Source: Thermoanaerobaculia bacterium
GTDB lineage: Bacteria > Acidobacteriota > Thermoanaerobaculia > Multivoradales > Multivoraceae
NCBI GenBank assembly: GCA_963664405.1
Contig: OY761158.1
Coordinates: forward strand, 5,312,001 to 5,376,000
DNA length: 64,000 nt
Direction: 5' to 3'
This document shows, one piece after another, positions 49,186 through 60,223 of this stretch. The position numbers were made by a program, and so were the translations under genes. Every line of letters starts with the position of its first letter. Position 1 is the stretch's first letter. Below the pieces are notes generated by a model. It had not been told where the DNA came from and ran no database searches. It saw only the letters and a program-made list of their open reading frames with translations.

Positions 49186-51055
49186 GTGTGTACCAGATGG
49201 GTGAGGACCAGGCGCGATCCTGAATCGTCGAATGCATGTCAGGTCGCGGCTCGACCCCTGCGCGGATCGCGTCCCAGGTCGACCAACGGCAGATCGGATT
49301 CTCCAGCACGCGGGTGTAGTAGAAGGCATGCTGGTCGGGCTCGAAGTCGGGATCGCTCCACACGGTCGCAAGCTCGCTCGCGCCCTTTCCGGGCGTCGGC
49401 GCGCAGGTCGCAAGGTCGACGCGCGCGCCATTGTCCGGGCAGCGATGGGTGCTTGGATCGACAGTACCGCCGTCCGAGCAGGCGATGTCGTACACCTGCT
49501 CGGAGGTCTCGCCGTCGTCGACCCAGCCTTTGATGATCTGCAGACGCTGCAGAGATCCACTATCTGGGTCGCGCATCGCCCAGACGAAGAAGCTCGGCGC
49601 GCTGTCGCCATTCGGAGCTAGGTCTGAGCCCATCGGCACGCCGGTGGCGTAGGCCCTCTCGATGTTGTCGGGAGCGGTCACCAAAGACTCGTCGAGGCCG
49701 TAGCCTCCGAAAAAGCGCACTTTGATGTGCGGGCCGCTGGTGCTGAAGGTCTCCTTGCGGCGGAAGGCGTCGAAGATCGATTCACGTGTATTCGATTCCG
49801 CCCAGACGCCGGCGAGGCCTGAGGCACCCCAGTACTTCGATGAGCCGTTGGCGTAGGGCTCACCGTCTGGCCCCGGCTCGTCTAATGGCACCGAGCCGCG
49901 CTGTTGGGGCTGGATGTCGTTGACTCCGGTCTTGCTCCAGTAGTTGTCCTCCTCGAAGGAGCCGGCGGCATTGTGAGTGTCGGAAGAGCCGATGACGCCG
50001 AAGCGGTAGGGATTGAAGCCGCCGGCTTCCTCCATCACCAGACCGCGGAGATAGGCGTCGCGCACATAGCTCCCTGGCGGCTCGCTCAAGAGAGTGCTCG
50101 CAATCCGTAGCGGCATGATCTCGAAGTCGGCCCATTCGTCGTTGGGGGAGAGCATCGGGTGGGTGTCGGAGGTGCCCTTGACCTGGGTGTTCTCGACCAC
50201 CGGCTCGTTGCGCATACGAAGATCGGCGTACTCCGCGTCGATCGCTTCGCCCGCCTGATTCGTCTTCTCGAACATCCAGCCCCCCGAGCCGTTCATGTTG
50301 TGGGGTATCGCGATCGCGTCCATACCGTTGGCTCGATTTCCGTCCATCCAAGCCCACAGGTCTTCCGGGTTGAGGGAATCGAGGCGGCTGAAGGGCAGGT
50401 CCGGGTGCTCGCTACCGCGGAAGATCACGTTGCGGTGCAGGTTCTGCGATTCCGGCCCCGAGCTCGTGTACTCGTAGCCGATGAAGGTGGTGAATGTTCC
50501 TGGGTCGTTGTGGCGCTCCGCGGCGGCGATGATCTCTTCCCACGCATCGCGCCTCACCTCCAGGTCGTTGAGGTCGTCGTCTACCTCCTCGCCACGTGCG
50601 TGCTTGCGCACATTCACCAGGACGTCGGTAAACGCCGTCGAGCCTGGAACGCCCGAGCCTCGCACCGTCTCGGCCAAGCGATGGTTGCCGTACTTCGATG
50701 TTTCGTCCCAGAGCTCGCGCATCATGCCGAGGTAAAAGGCGTGATCGGCGACGGCCTGGAAGTCGAGCGGTTTCTTCATCTGCATCATGAAGCCGGAGGC
50801 ATGCTCGATGGCGCCGCCCTTGGCGAAGACGTAGGCTTCGTCAGGCGTGCGGCGAGTGCCGAAGAGGAAGGCGTCGAAGGAGAGATTGGTATGGACGTGG
50901 AAGTCGCCGAAATAGGCGTTCTTGTTCGGATTGGATTCGATCGCCGAGCTCGGCGGCGAGGCTTGGGCCTCTTCGGCCGGCGTATCGGTTCCGCCTCCTC
51001 CGCAGGCGATCAGAGTCCCGACACCGAGCACCGCCAGTACACGTAAGTAGCCCAT
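49181..51055 (-). CDS. DUF3604 (PHP-like metallohydrolase) lipoprotein
   Basis: Lipobox LIAC, GDFHVHT, NLHRNV, IPHN, DTHN and RAWSSPIWY motifs. Confidence 0.9.
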   Translation of the reverse strand: MGYLRVLAVLGVGTLIACGGGGTDTPAEEAQASPPSSAIESNPNKNAYFGDFHVHTNLSFDAFLFGTRRTPDEAYVFAKGGAIEHASGFMMQMKKPLDFQAVADHAFYLGMMRELWDETSKYGNHRLAETVRGSGVPGSTAFTDVLVNVRKHARGEEVDDDLNDLEVRRDAWEEIIAAAERHNDPGTFTTFIGYEYTSSGPESQNLHRNVIFRGSEHPDLPFSRLDSLNPEDLWAWMDGNRANGMDAIAIPHNMNGSGGWMFEKTNQAGEAIDAEYADLRMRNEPVVENTQVKGTSDTHPMLSPNDEWADFEIMPLRIASTLLSEPPGSYVRDAYLRGLVMEEAGGFNPYRFGVIGSSDTHNAAGSFEEDNYWSKTGVNDIQPQQRGSVPLDEPGPDGEPYANGSSKYWGASGLAGVWAESNTRESIFDAFRRKETFSTSGPHIKVRFFGGYGLDESLVTAPDNIERAYATGVPMGSDLAPNGDSAPSFFVWAMRDPDSGSLQRLQIIKGWVDDGETSEQVYDIACSDGGTVDPSTHRCPDNGARVDLATCAPTPGKGASELATVWSDPDFEPDQHAFYYTRVLENPICRWSTWDAIRAGVEPRPDMHSTIQDRAWSSPIWYTP

Positions 51056-51301
51056 TCAACTTCCCCTTTGCTGTGACTTGGTTGGAGCGCGATCTTATAC
51101 GGTTCGCTCTCCGCCGGTGCTAGGCAGCGGGTTCGACGGCTTCCGCGACGAATTTCGCCAGGATTGACGACAACGATTCGCAGAAAGTTCTCTTCTCGGT
51201 CAATACACGCGGCCGTCGCGACAGCTTTCTGTTGCACCTCGAAGGAGCGGATGCAGGCACCAGCGACGGGAACGCGTCGCCGGGCGACGGCTGCTAGCCC
51301 T

Positions 51302-53563
51302 TCAGCCTCGACTGCGAGCGAGCAGCAGCAGCGACCCGCCCGCGAGAAGAGCGACTAGGAACAGAAGGCCGAGGCGTGAGAGTGCTGGAATCTCCGGCAC
51401 ACCCCCGCCAGCCGGACCGGTGATCGCGATCTCGCTGAAGGAATCGAGCATCAACATCCAGTTGTTGGCCGCAGGGTCGCAACAGTAGGTGGTGCAGGTG
51501 GGCGTCTGGAACGCCGGATTACCACATGCACCCGCGATCTGCACACCGTCCTTCCAGACGTAGAGATCGGCCTCCGCCAGCGGCGGGCCGATACCGTCGA
51601 CGAAGCCGTCGTTCGGGCTGGAGTCGGGCCAGGTCATTGTCACTTTCACCGGAGAATTCGTACCCGGCGGTCCCAGTGTGGTCTCGGTCACGACAGTGCT
51701 TCCACCCAGACCGAAGCTGCCACCACCCTCGGTGATCGAAATGCTCGTGTCGCTTGGCACTGCGCCGGCGGGCACATCGATCGTCACCGAGCCGTCGTTG
51801 GTCGTCACGGTACCGCCGCTCGGCGGGATGTTGCTCGACGCGGAAGCGTTGGGGTCGCAAGTATCGGTGGCGTCGCTGGGACAGATGTCGCAGACGTCGC
51901 CGCCGTTCTGACTGTCGGAATTGGCCTGGTCCGGATTCTTGTCTGCCGGGCAGTTATCGGTGCCGTCGGGGACACCGTCACTGTCGCCGTCGGGCGCAGT
52001 GGTGGCGGTCGGTGTCGGCGAGGGAGTCGCGGTGTTGGTCGGGGTGCTGGTCGACGTCGGTGTCTCGGTGGCTGTGGGAGTGTTTGTCGGCGTGTTCGTG
52101 ATGGTCGGTGTTGGAGTCGTAGTCGGGGTGCGGGTCGACGTCGGCGTCTCGGTGGCGGTGGGAGTGTTTGTCGGCGTGTTTGTGATGGTCGGTGTTGGAG
52201 TCGTAGTCGGAGTGTTTGTCGACGTCGGTGTCGCGGTGGCGGTGGGAGGCGTGGCGGTCGGGCCGCCAGCGGCGACGACGGTGGCCAGATAGATGCCCTG
52301 GGAGTCGTCGGTGAATACGAGATGTATCGCTACTTTGTCGCCGCTCATGGAGCCGGACCCCTTGATCAAAGCATTGCGGACGGTCTTGCTATCCACCGTG
52401 TCGTCGGGACCCACCAGCTTGACCAGTTGGTCGGTGGTCGTATCGAAGTAGTACACGGTCCGCCCGAAACCCGAATCCAAGGCGTCGAAGACGCCCTTGC
52501 TTTGACTGATGGCTGCAGCCTGGAATGGGCTGGTGCTGAAAACCGCGACGAATTTGCCTGCGGTTCCTGGAATGGTGGTGTTCAGATCGGCGATCACCTC
52601 CAGCGCCCCGGCGGTGCCAGTGTCGGCGATGACACCGGCGTCGAGGACTGTCGAAACCGGCTTGTGCTGGTGCAGGACCACGAAGTTGGCCCCGTCGTAG
52701 TCGAGGTTCTGGAAGTTGGAGAACTTGTTGGCACTGCCTGGAATTGTCGTCAGCGTACCGACCAGGGCGCTCAGGGTGCCGCCCCCGCCTGGGTACTTGT
52801 AGACGCCTTCCTGCGAGGGCCCTTTGCCGAGGAAGACCGCGGTTCCGTCGCTGGCCAGGCGGTATGCACCGAAGTTTTGACCGCCAGTAGCTTCGTGGTT
52901 GAACGCCCCTGAGCCACCGAGGCCGACAGGCACTGTGGTCGTCTTGTCGGCGACGCGGTGCAGGCCGCCGATGGTCGAATAGAGACCCTCCTGGATCTGG
53001 GCCGGTGTGGTCATAGCCGGCGTATTGCCACCGCGGAAGAAAACGTCGCCGCCGCTGAGCGAACCTGCAATAAAATTGTTGAAGAAGCCCGAGCCGTTGG
53101 GGATGGCGGTGGTGGGGCCCACCACCGGGTTTAGGGTCGCTGTCTGGAGGACGATCCAGTCGCGCCCGCCGGTCCCAACGAGGTCTATCACTTCTAGGGC
53201 GACCGCGGCACCGCTGATCTCAGGGAACTGTGCGACGAAAATGGTCCCCACACCGGTTAGCACGTCGCCATTCTTGGCAATCGTCGTGAGGGTGCCGCCG
53301 ATTCTCGCGAAGACGCCGAAGTCGGAGCCGTTATTACCCATGAACGTCACGTTCGTTCCGCTGACGGACGCGAAGCTAAGACCGCTGAAGGCGGTCGCGG
53401 TACCAGGAAGGATCGTGGAGAAGTCGACTACTTTCTCGAAAGTGAAGGTCTGAGCGCCGGCGAGCGTGGCGGTTACGAAAAGGGCCAATGCCGTCGCGAC
53501 GGCTCCCCTCTGCCCCGGTCGGCGCACCAAGCGCGGTGGCCCCCCGTCCTTGTACTTCGTCAT
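51302..53563 (-). CDS. Secreted surface protein: repeat domain, Thr/Pro linker, TSP3-like Ca-binding repeats, IPTL-CTERM anchor
   Basis: Signal peptide; DSDGVPD..DNCP..NPDQ; C-terminal EIPALS + TM helix + basic tail. Confidence 0.85.
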   Translation of the reverse strand: MTKYKDGGPPRLVRRPGQRGAVATALALFVTATLAGAQTFTFEKVVDFSTILPGTATAFSGLSFASVSGTNVTFMGNNGSDFGVFARIGGTLTTIAKNGDVLTGVGTIFVAQFPEISGAAVALEVIDLVGTGGRDWIVLQTATLNPVVGPTTAIPNGSGFFNNFIAGSLSGGDVFFRGGNTPAMTTPAQIQEGLYSTIGGLHRVADKTTTVPVGLGGSGAFNHEATGGQNFGAYRLASDGTAVFLGKGPSQEGVYKYPGGGGTLSALVGTLTTIPGSANKFSNFQNLDYDGANFVVLHQHKPVSTVLDAGVIADTGTAGALEVIADLNTTIPGTAGKFVAVFSTSPFQAAAISQSKGVFDALDSGFGRTVYYFDTTTDQLVKLVGPDDTVDSKTVRNALIKGSGSMSGDKVAIHLVFTDDSQGIYLATVVAAGGPTATPPTATATPTSTNTPTTTPTPTITNTPTNTPTATETPTSTRTPTTTPTPTITNTPTNTPTATETPTSTSTPTNTATPSPTPTATTAPDGDSDGVPDGTDNCPADKNPDQANSDSQNGGDVCDICPSDATDTCDPNASASSNIPPSGGTVTTNDGSVTIDVPAGAVPSDTSISITEGGGSFGLGGSTVVTETTLGPPGTNSPVKVTMTWPDSSPNDGFVDGIGPPLAEADLYVWKDGVQIAGACGNPAFQTPTCTTYCCDPAANNWMLMLDSFSEIAITGPAGGGVPEIPALSRLGLLFLVALLAGGSLLLLARSRG
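52050..52231. repeat. 84-bp coding tandem repeat (Thr/Pro linker)
   Basis: GTCGACGTCGG recurs at 52050, 52134 and 52218. Confidence 0.85.
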
Positions 53564-53766
53564 GAACCGACAACCTCCTAGTGGGTCATTCCGCGCGGTC
53601 TATAGAACTCCTCATCTATTCGGACGACAAAGGCCGGCGGTAGGGATCACGAAAACGACAGATCAATCCCCTTCCATTCGGAAGCACTGCTAGACTCGGA
53701 CACGCAAGTTCTGGATGTCTTCGAGTCCATTCGGACTCCGAGAAGTGAAGGGGAGGGTTCGCTCCA

Positions 53767-54345
53767 CTGTCGAGCGGGGACATTACCGCCATCCTGATCG
53801 AGCTCGGGCGCGACGAGAAGGCGGTCGATCGCCTGCTCCCCTTGGTGTACGACGAGCTTCAGGCTGTGGCGCGGCACCAGCGTTTCCGCTGGAATGACCC
53901 GCGGTCGCCGGGCACGTCGAGCTTGGTTCACGAGGCCTACCTCAAGCTGGTCGACCAGACCCGCGTCGACTGGCAGAACCGCGCGCAATTCTTTTACCTC
54001 GCATCCCGCGCGATGCGCAGCGTGCTCGTAGACAACGCGCGCTGGCACTCTCGGGAAAAGCGAGGTGGTGGCGCGCAGCCAATCTCGACAGAAGATGTGA
54101 ACATCGTCTCAGAGGCGCGGTCGGAAGAGCTCCTTGCTCTCGACGAAGCCCTCTCGGCGCTGAAAGGCGAGGACGACCGTCTCTCCCGCATCGTCGAATG
54201 TCGGGTCTTCGGCGGTCTGACGGTTGACGAGACTGCGGAGGCGCTTCAGGTGTCGACCGCGACGATCAAGCGCGGCTGGAAGTTGGCTCGTGCCTGGCTC
54301 TACCGACGACTCAGCGACACCAGCGCTCTCGGCGCGGGGAGCTGA
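53767..54345 (+). CDS. ECF sigma factor of the kinase-associated type (TIGR02999/ECF43-like), probable CTG start
   Basis: GDIT..LLPLVYDEL, LVHEAYLKL, MRSVLVD and W..ARAWL motifs; GGGGAGGG ends 9 nt before CTG 53767. Confidence 0.88.
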   Translation: MSSGDITAILIELGRDEKAVDRLLPLVYDELQAVARHQRFRWNDPRSPGTSSLVHEAYLKLVDQTRVDWQNRAQFFYLASRAMRSVLVDNARWHSREKRGGGAQPISTEDVNIVSEARSEELLALDEALSALKGEDDRLSRIVECRVFGGLTVDETAEALQVSTATIKRGWKLARAWLYRRLSDTSALGAGS

Positions 54346-54347
54346 GT

Positions 54348-57094
54348 TTGCTCGAAGGAGGACTGGCCGACGTAGAGCGGCTCTACGACGTCGCAACCAA
54401 AGCCCCGCTGGAGGATCGAGCTGCAGTGATCGAGGCGTCTTCCTACGATCCGGCGGTGAAGGAGGAGGTGTTGGGGCTGCTCGCCGCCCAAGAGCTGGCA
54501 GAGTCGTATTTTGACGGTCTGGTCGAAGAAGTCGCCGAAGGCGCACGCCAGGAGCTTCAGACCGCCTCGCGAGAGCAGCGCCGCATTGGCCCGTATCGGA
54601 CCTTGCGCATTCTTGGCCGGGGCGGAATGGGTGTCGTACTACTGGCCGAGCGCGACGACGGTCACTTCGAGCAGCAGGTCGCTCTCAAGCTCGTCCGTAG
54701 CGGGATGGCCGACGATGCGGCGATCCGCCGCTTTCTCGCCGAGCGGCAGATCCTCGCCCGTCTGCAACACCCCGGAATCGCCAGGCTCCTAGACGGTGGA
54801 ATCTCGGACGATGGGCTTCCCTACTTCGTTATGGAGTACGTCGAGGGTACGCCGATTCACGAGTATTGCGACGACCGAAGACTGCCCATCGAGGAGCGCC
54901 TCCGACTTCTGTGCTCGGTCGGCGAAGCCGTTCAATTCGCCCACCGCAACCTGGTCGTTCATCGCGACCTCAAGCCCGGCAACATCCTCGTGACCCAGGA
55001 CGGGGAGTGCAGATTGCTCGACTTCGGAATCGCCAAGCTGCTCGATCACGAGGGCGACGGCACGAGTACGATGACCACGAGTCGAGCCTTGACGCCCCTT
55101 TACGCTGCGCCGGAGCAGATACGGGCCGAAGCCGCCACGACGGCGACCGACATCTACAGTCTCGGTGTCGTTCTCTACGAGCTCATAACCGGCGTTCGAC
55201 CATGGGAGGCAGAGGGTCGATCCTCGGCTGAGCTCGAGAACGAGATATTGACCAGAGAACCGGCGAGCCTGAGATCCCGGGTGGGGCCGGAAGCGGCTGA
55301 GCGCCGCTCTTCCAGTCTCCGGCGTCTGCGCAGACGCCTGGGGGGTGATCTCGAGACGATCTGCAGGAAGGCCATTCACAAGGAGCCCGAACGGCGCTAC
55401 AAGTCGATGGAGCAGTTCGTCGCTGACATCGATCGGCTGCTTCGCGGTCGGCCGGTCGTTGCCAGGCGCGACACGGTTGGCTATCGCAGCCTGAGCTTTG
55501 TTCGCAGACACCCGATCTCAGTAGCGGCAGGTGTGGGTGTTCTCGCACTGAGCCTGGCTTTCAGCGCCGTGATGACCCTCCAATCCGCGCGCCTCGCGAG
55601 GGAGCGTGACAAGGCTCAGCAGGTTTCCGACCTGATGGTCGATCTCTTTCAAGTCTCCGATCCTGCGAACTCGAGAGGAGAGAGCCTCAGTGCTCGGGAG
55701 GTGCTCGAGCGAGGTGTCGAGCAGCTCGAGGGCCGGCTCGAGAGTCAACCGGAGGTCAGAGCTTCGCTCCTCGACGTAACCGGCCGCGTCTACCAGGCAC
55801 TTGGGCTCTACGAAGACGCGGCTCCGCTGCTCGAAGAGTCTCTCGCGCTAAGGGAATCGGGGGCCGGCAGCCCGTTTGAGATCGCTGAGAGTCTGTCCCA
55901 TCGTGGCGAGCTACTGCGCTTGCAGGGCGCGCTCGATGAGGCGGAAGAGATGCTGCACAGGTCTCTAGAAAGCTACAGCGCACTAGGCGAGGAGGGGACC
56001 CCCAGCTATACCCGTGTGCTCGATCGGCTCGGCGTGACGCTGCTTGCGCAGGGCAAGCTCGATGAGGCCGAGCCTTACTTTCGTGAGGCCTTGGCGTCCA
56101 ATCTAGAAGTGTACGGACCCGAGAGCGTCGAGGGTGCGGAGAACTTGCAGAACCTTGGCGCGCTCAGCTACAGCCGCGGCGACTTCGCGCTGGCCGAGGA
56201 GCACTTCAGTGACGCTCTTCTGATGCGCCGAAGTCTCCTCGGAGAGGACCATCCCCAGGTGGCCGCGACCCGCAACAACCTCGGCGCTGCGTTGGCCGGC
56301 GCCGGTAATCTCGCCGCTGCCGAGGAGACCTACAGAGAAGCCCTGTCGCTGCAGAGGCGTCTTTTGGGCAACGAGCATCCGCGCGTGCTTCAGAGCCTCA
56401 ACAATCTGGCGATGATCCTCTTCAGCTCGGGTCGCCCCGCCGCCGCCGAGCCGCTCCACCGAGAGGCGTTGGCGATCCGGCGCAGGATTCTCGAGCCGAG
56501 CCATCCCGAGTTGGCCCAGAGTCTCAGCAATCTCGGGCTCGTCCTCCAGTCTCTAGGCGAGCTGGAGGAGTCCGAGCAGCTACTCAGAGAATCGCTGGAG
56601 GTCCGTCGCGTTGCTCTGGGGTCCTCGCATCCGTTGATCGCGCACAGTCTCAACAATCTCGGGCTCTTGCTACTGGCCAAGGGCCGTTCCGAAGAGTCCG
56701 AGGGGCTGTTTCGGAGGGCTCTCGCGATCGTAGAGCCCGCCCTGGGGAAGCATCTCGATGTTGCCATTTCGCTCAACAACCTGGGTACGAGCCTCGAACA
56801 GCTAGGCCGTGATGACGAGGCCGAAGCGAGCTACCGGCGTGCGCTTGATATCCGGCGTGAGGTCTTGCCGCCCAACCACCCTCTCTCGCCTTCAACCTGC
56901 TCAGTCTCGGGCGGCTCTTGTCAGCCAGGGGTCGCGCGGAGGAGGCAGAGCCCTTGTTACGGGAGGCGCTCACGATCCGGCAGGAGAGAGGGGGCGCGGC
57001 GACCGGCGCCATCGCCGAAGCTCGCGTGGAGCTCGCTGCCTGCCTGGCTGCTCTGGGCAGGCACGACGAAGCTAGGGCTCTTTCTGCCGAGTAA
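54348..57094 (+). CDS. Ser/Thr kinase with TM helix and TPR repeats; frameshift near 56885
   Basis: GRGGMG, HRDLKPGN and DFG motifs; SLNNL TPR repeats. The TPR pattern resumes in another frame and ends at TAA 57092-57094. Confidence 0.88.
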
Positions 57095-57106
57095 GGGAAC
57101 GTCCCC

Positions 57107-58651
57107 TTACAGCTCCGGCGGCGGGAAGGAGCGCATCGGACCGCTGTAACGCTCGTAGCTTTCCCAAATCTCAGCTCCGCCGGTCATTCGCGGATCTCCG
57201 GTCGACCGTAGAGTCTCATTCAGCTCTTTCGCAAGGCGTTCCTTGATATCCGTGAAGGCCGGGTCGTCGACCAGGTTCACGAGATTCCCCGGATCGCGGC
57301 GTACGTCGAACAATTCTTCTTCGGGGCGAAGGTCGACCGCAAGATGAAAGAACTCTGCTACCGCCGGATCGCCCGGTCCTTCGATGAGCACACTCTTGCT
57401 TGGCGCGGCGTCGATATCGTAGTAGCCGAACTCGTCTCCCTCGAAGCCGGTGGGGTGTCCGGCCGGCCAGCGATCGGGCTCGAAGTTGCGGATGTAGAGG
57501 AAGTCGCGGGTTCTCATCGCCCGAATCGGATAGGTCCAATTGTCATAGCGCGCGGACGAGTGGCGCTCACGCGCGGCGAAGACTCTGTCGCGGGTGGCAT
57601 CGACCAGCCCGTCCGCCGAGCTGAGTAGGATATCGAGGAGGCTTCGGCCGACCATTGCTGTTGGCGTTTCGATCCCAGCCACTTCGAGCAGAGTGGGAGC
57701 CAGGTCGACAAAGCCGACCAGGTCGTCGACGACGCGATCGCCTGGGACCCGTGCAGGCCATGCCACGGCCAGCGGGACATGAATTCCGTACTCGTAGCCG
57801 TTGGCCTTGGCGCGAGGAAAGGGCATGCCGTTGTCCGAGGTCACCAGCACTAGGGTGTTGTGGAGGAGGTCTCGCTCGCCGAGTAGGTCGAGCATGCGCT
57901 TCAGTTGAGTGTCGAACCACTCGATCTCGACGTAGTAGTCGAGGATGTCGCTCCTGATCTGGTCGTTGTCGGGTAGGAAAGGCGGCACCTGGGCGTCTGA
58001 GAGCTCCTTGCCCACTTTCAGACCCACTCCGTTCTCATAGATGCGGTGAGGTTCATGCCCTCCATACCAGAAGGCGAAGGGACCACTCTCCGGCACCGAG
58101 TCGAGGAAATCCTCGAAGTTGGCGGCGTAGTCCTGTAGGCCGATGCTGTCGTGGGGCGTTTCGAGCTCTCGCTCGTTGAATTCCGGGCCGGCGGGGTTGC
58201 GAGCTCGCCCGCTGATCTCCCAGTTGCCCGGGCCCCAGCCCTTGCCGGTGAAGCCGACTGCGTAGCCGGCCTGCTCGAGCAGGTCGGGGTAGGTGAGTAG
58301 CTGTTTGGGGAACGAGCTGGCGTGGGTTCCGGCCTCTTCGTTCTGCCAGGGGTGTCGCCCAGTCAGCAACGCCGCGCGAGAGGGACTGCAACCCGGCGAC
58401 GCGGCGAATGCGTTGTTGAAGAGAACGCCCTGGCGAGCGATGCGGTCGAACGTCGGAGTGTCTACGCCTCGGTCACCATAGGCTCCGGCGTGAATCCAGG
58501 ACTGGTCATCGGAGATCGCCAGGAGAATGTTCGGCCGCGAGGCTCGAGCGGGAGGCCCCGGCTCTGGATTGGGACCCGGCGTGCAGCCCATCACTTGGAG
58601 CAGTAGCAGGGCGAGACAACCGCACTTCGCCGCACAAATGTCCCGTGGCAC
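57107..58651 (-). CDS. Sulfatase (Cys/FGly type; N-sulfoglucosamine sulfohydrolase-like)
   Basis: PNILLAISDD, CSPSRAALLTG and TSDNGM motifs; start uncertain. Confidence 0.9.
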   Translation of the reverse strand: MPRDICAAKCGCLALLLLQVMGCTPGPNPEPGPPARASRPNILLAISDDQSWIHAGAYGDRGVDTPTFDRIARQGVLFNNAFAASPGCSPSRAALLTGRHPWQNEEAGTHASSFPKQLLTYPDLLEQAGYAVGFTGKGWGPGNWEISGRARNPAGPEFNERELETPHDSIGLQDYAANFEDFLDSVPESGPFAFWYGGHEPHRIYENGVGLKVGKELSDAQVPPFLPDNDQIRSDILDYYVEIEWFDTQLKRMLDLLGERDLLHNTLVLVTSDNGMPFPRAKANGYEYGIHVPLAVAWPARVPGDRVVDDLVGFVDLAPTLLEVAGIETPTAMVGRSLLDILLSSADGLVDATRDRVFAARERHSSARYDNWTYPIRAMRTRDFLYIRNFEPDRWPAGHPTGFEGDEFGYYDIDAAPSKSVLIEGPGDPAVAEFFHLAVDLRPEEELFDVRRDPGNLVNLVDDPAFTDIKERLAKELNETLRSTGDPRMTGGAEIWESYERYSGPMRSFPPPEL

Positions 58652-58767
58652 GGATCTCTTTCCGATAGTCTCCGCTCTCAATTCCCCACCCTGCGGTATG
58701 GTGCCACACTCGTTGAGAGGTGGCAGCATCGTTTCTAGGGCTCGGCGCGGAACAAGGAGAGGCATTC

Positions 58768-60195
58768 ATGGCTCGAAAGAGAGAAGCGTTTGATCGAGCT
58801 CTGGGACGTCGATGCTTGGGTGGTCTGCTGCTGGCGTTGGTTGTGGCGGCTTCACCGGGTTTTGCTCAGCCGGAAGCCGAGGCTGGAGTGACCCTTGGAG
58901 CGGCGATCACAACCGCTCTCGAGGTCTTCTCCGAGGTCGAGGCTTCGCGCGCGGATGTCTCGGCTGCCGAAGAGGAAGTGGGAGTCGCCAAGAAGGCTTA
59001 CCTACCGAGTGGCGAGATCTACGCTCAGTGGAATCGAGCGAGCCGCAACAATGTGTACGGGCTCTTACTTCCTGGTGGAATGCACCCTTCGATCTCCGGC
59101 CCGGTGATCGAGGAGACTACGTCCAGGAGTGCCTGGGGCAGTCTGGCCTCTGTAGTACTGCGCTGGGATGTCTACGATTTCGGCGCCAGAGCAGCTGATG
59201 TCGATGAGGCCGAGGCCCTCCATGGGCGCGCAGAAGCAGGACTACGCGCTACCGAGCTCGACGTCGCTCTCGGTGTAGTCGACGACTTCGTCGCTGTTGT
59301 TGGCGCGGAGTCGGCGTTCGCCGCGGCCGCCGCGACGCTCGAGAGAATGAAGGTCTTCGAGACCGGCATCTCGGTGTTGGTTGAAAACGAGTTGCGAGCG
59401 GGCGCCGATCTCTCTTTCGCCCGCGCGGAGCTGGCTCGAGCCCGCATCGAGACGATTCGGGCCGAACAGGTTAGGGACGAGGCTCGGATGAGCCTCAGCG
59501 AGTGGCTGGGTCGCGCCGGTGATCGAGTTGAGATCGACGCCAGCCACCTGATGGACACGGCTCCCGAGAGCCCGCGCTCGACGACCCTCGGCGAAGAGCC
59601 CGGCGAGCACCCGCTGCTTCTTTTCCGGGAGGCTGATGTCGAGGCTGCGAAGGCGCGGCGAGAGTCTGCCAGTCGCCAGTATCGCCCAAGTCTCGAGCTG
59701 CTGGCCGCCTTCTACAGCCGCGGCACCAGCGCGATGCTCGACGGCGGCTTCGAGGGCGGCTCTGCCGGGCTGTGGCCCGACACCTCGAACTGGGCGGCCG
59801 GCCTGGCGATCAGCTTCCCGGTCTTCGATTTCGCCGAGACGAAGCAGCAGACCCGCGTCGAGGAGCATCGAGAGCGAGCGGCGCTTGCCCGCTACCAGAC
59901 GGTGTCAGATCATCTGAAAGCTGAGCAGGCGCGGGCGCGGATCCGACTCGAGAGCGCGCGCAAGATCGCCGAGAACGTCCCGGCCGAGCTCGCCGCCGCG
60001 CGGTCGCTACAGACTCAGTCGCGCGCCCGTTACGACGCCGGGCTCGCCGATGTGATCGTGGTGGTCGAGGCCGAACGACAGCTACGGCGGGCAGAGACCA
60101 GTAACGCCCTCGCTCACCTCGAAGTCTGGCGGGCGGCCTTCGCTCTCGCCGCTACTCAGGGCGATCTCGCCCCGCTGCTTGCGCAGCTCCGCTAG
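58768..60195 (+). CDS. TolC-family outer membrane efflux protein
   Basis: Signal peptide, two OEP halves (YLP/YRP..YDFG/FDF), RYDAGL. Confidence 0.88.
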   Translation: MARKREAFDRALGRRCLGGLLLALVVAASPGFAQPEAEAGVTLGAAITTALEVFSEVEASRADVSAAEEEVGVAKKAYLPSGEIYAQWNRASRNNVYGLLLPGGMHPSISGPVIEETTSRSAWGSLASVVLRWDVYDFGARAADVDEAEALHGRAEAGLRATELDVALGVVDDFVAVVGAESAFAAAAATLERMKVFETGISVLVENELRAGADLSFARAELARARIETIRAEQVRDEARMSLSEWLGRAGDRVEIDASHLMDTAPESPRSTTLGEEPGEHPLLLFREADVEAAKARRESASRQYRPSLELLAAFYSRGTSAMLDGGFEGGSAGLWPDTSNWAAGLAISFPVFDFAETKQQTRVEEHRERAALARYQTVSDHLKAEQARARIRLESARKIAENVPAELAAARSLQTQSRARYDAGLADVIVVVEAERQLRRAETSNALAHLEVWRAAFALAATQGDLAPLLAQLR

Positions 60196-60223
60196 TGCCT
60201 TATCGCCAAAAAGGAAGCTGACC

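Noticed and set aside
52000-52260. Non-coding repeat or array
   Set aside because: Explained by the Thr/Pro linker, with mostly synonymous differences between units.
54342-54350. Fourth CTG start for the TPR kinase
   Set aside because: TTG 54348 is better spaced from the GGGGAG SD.
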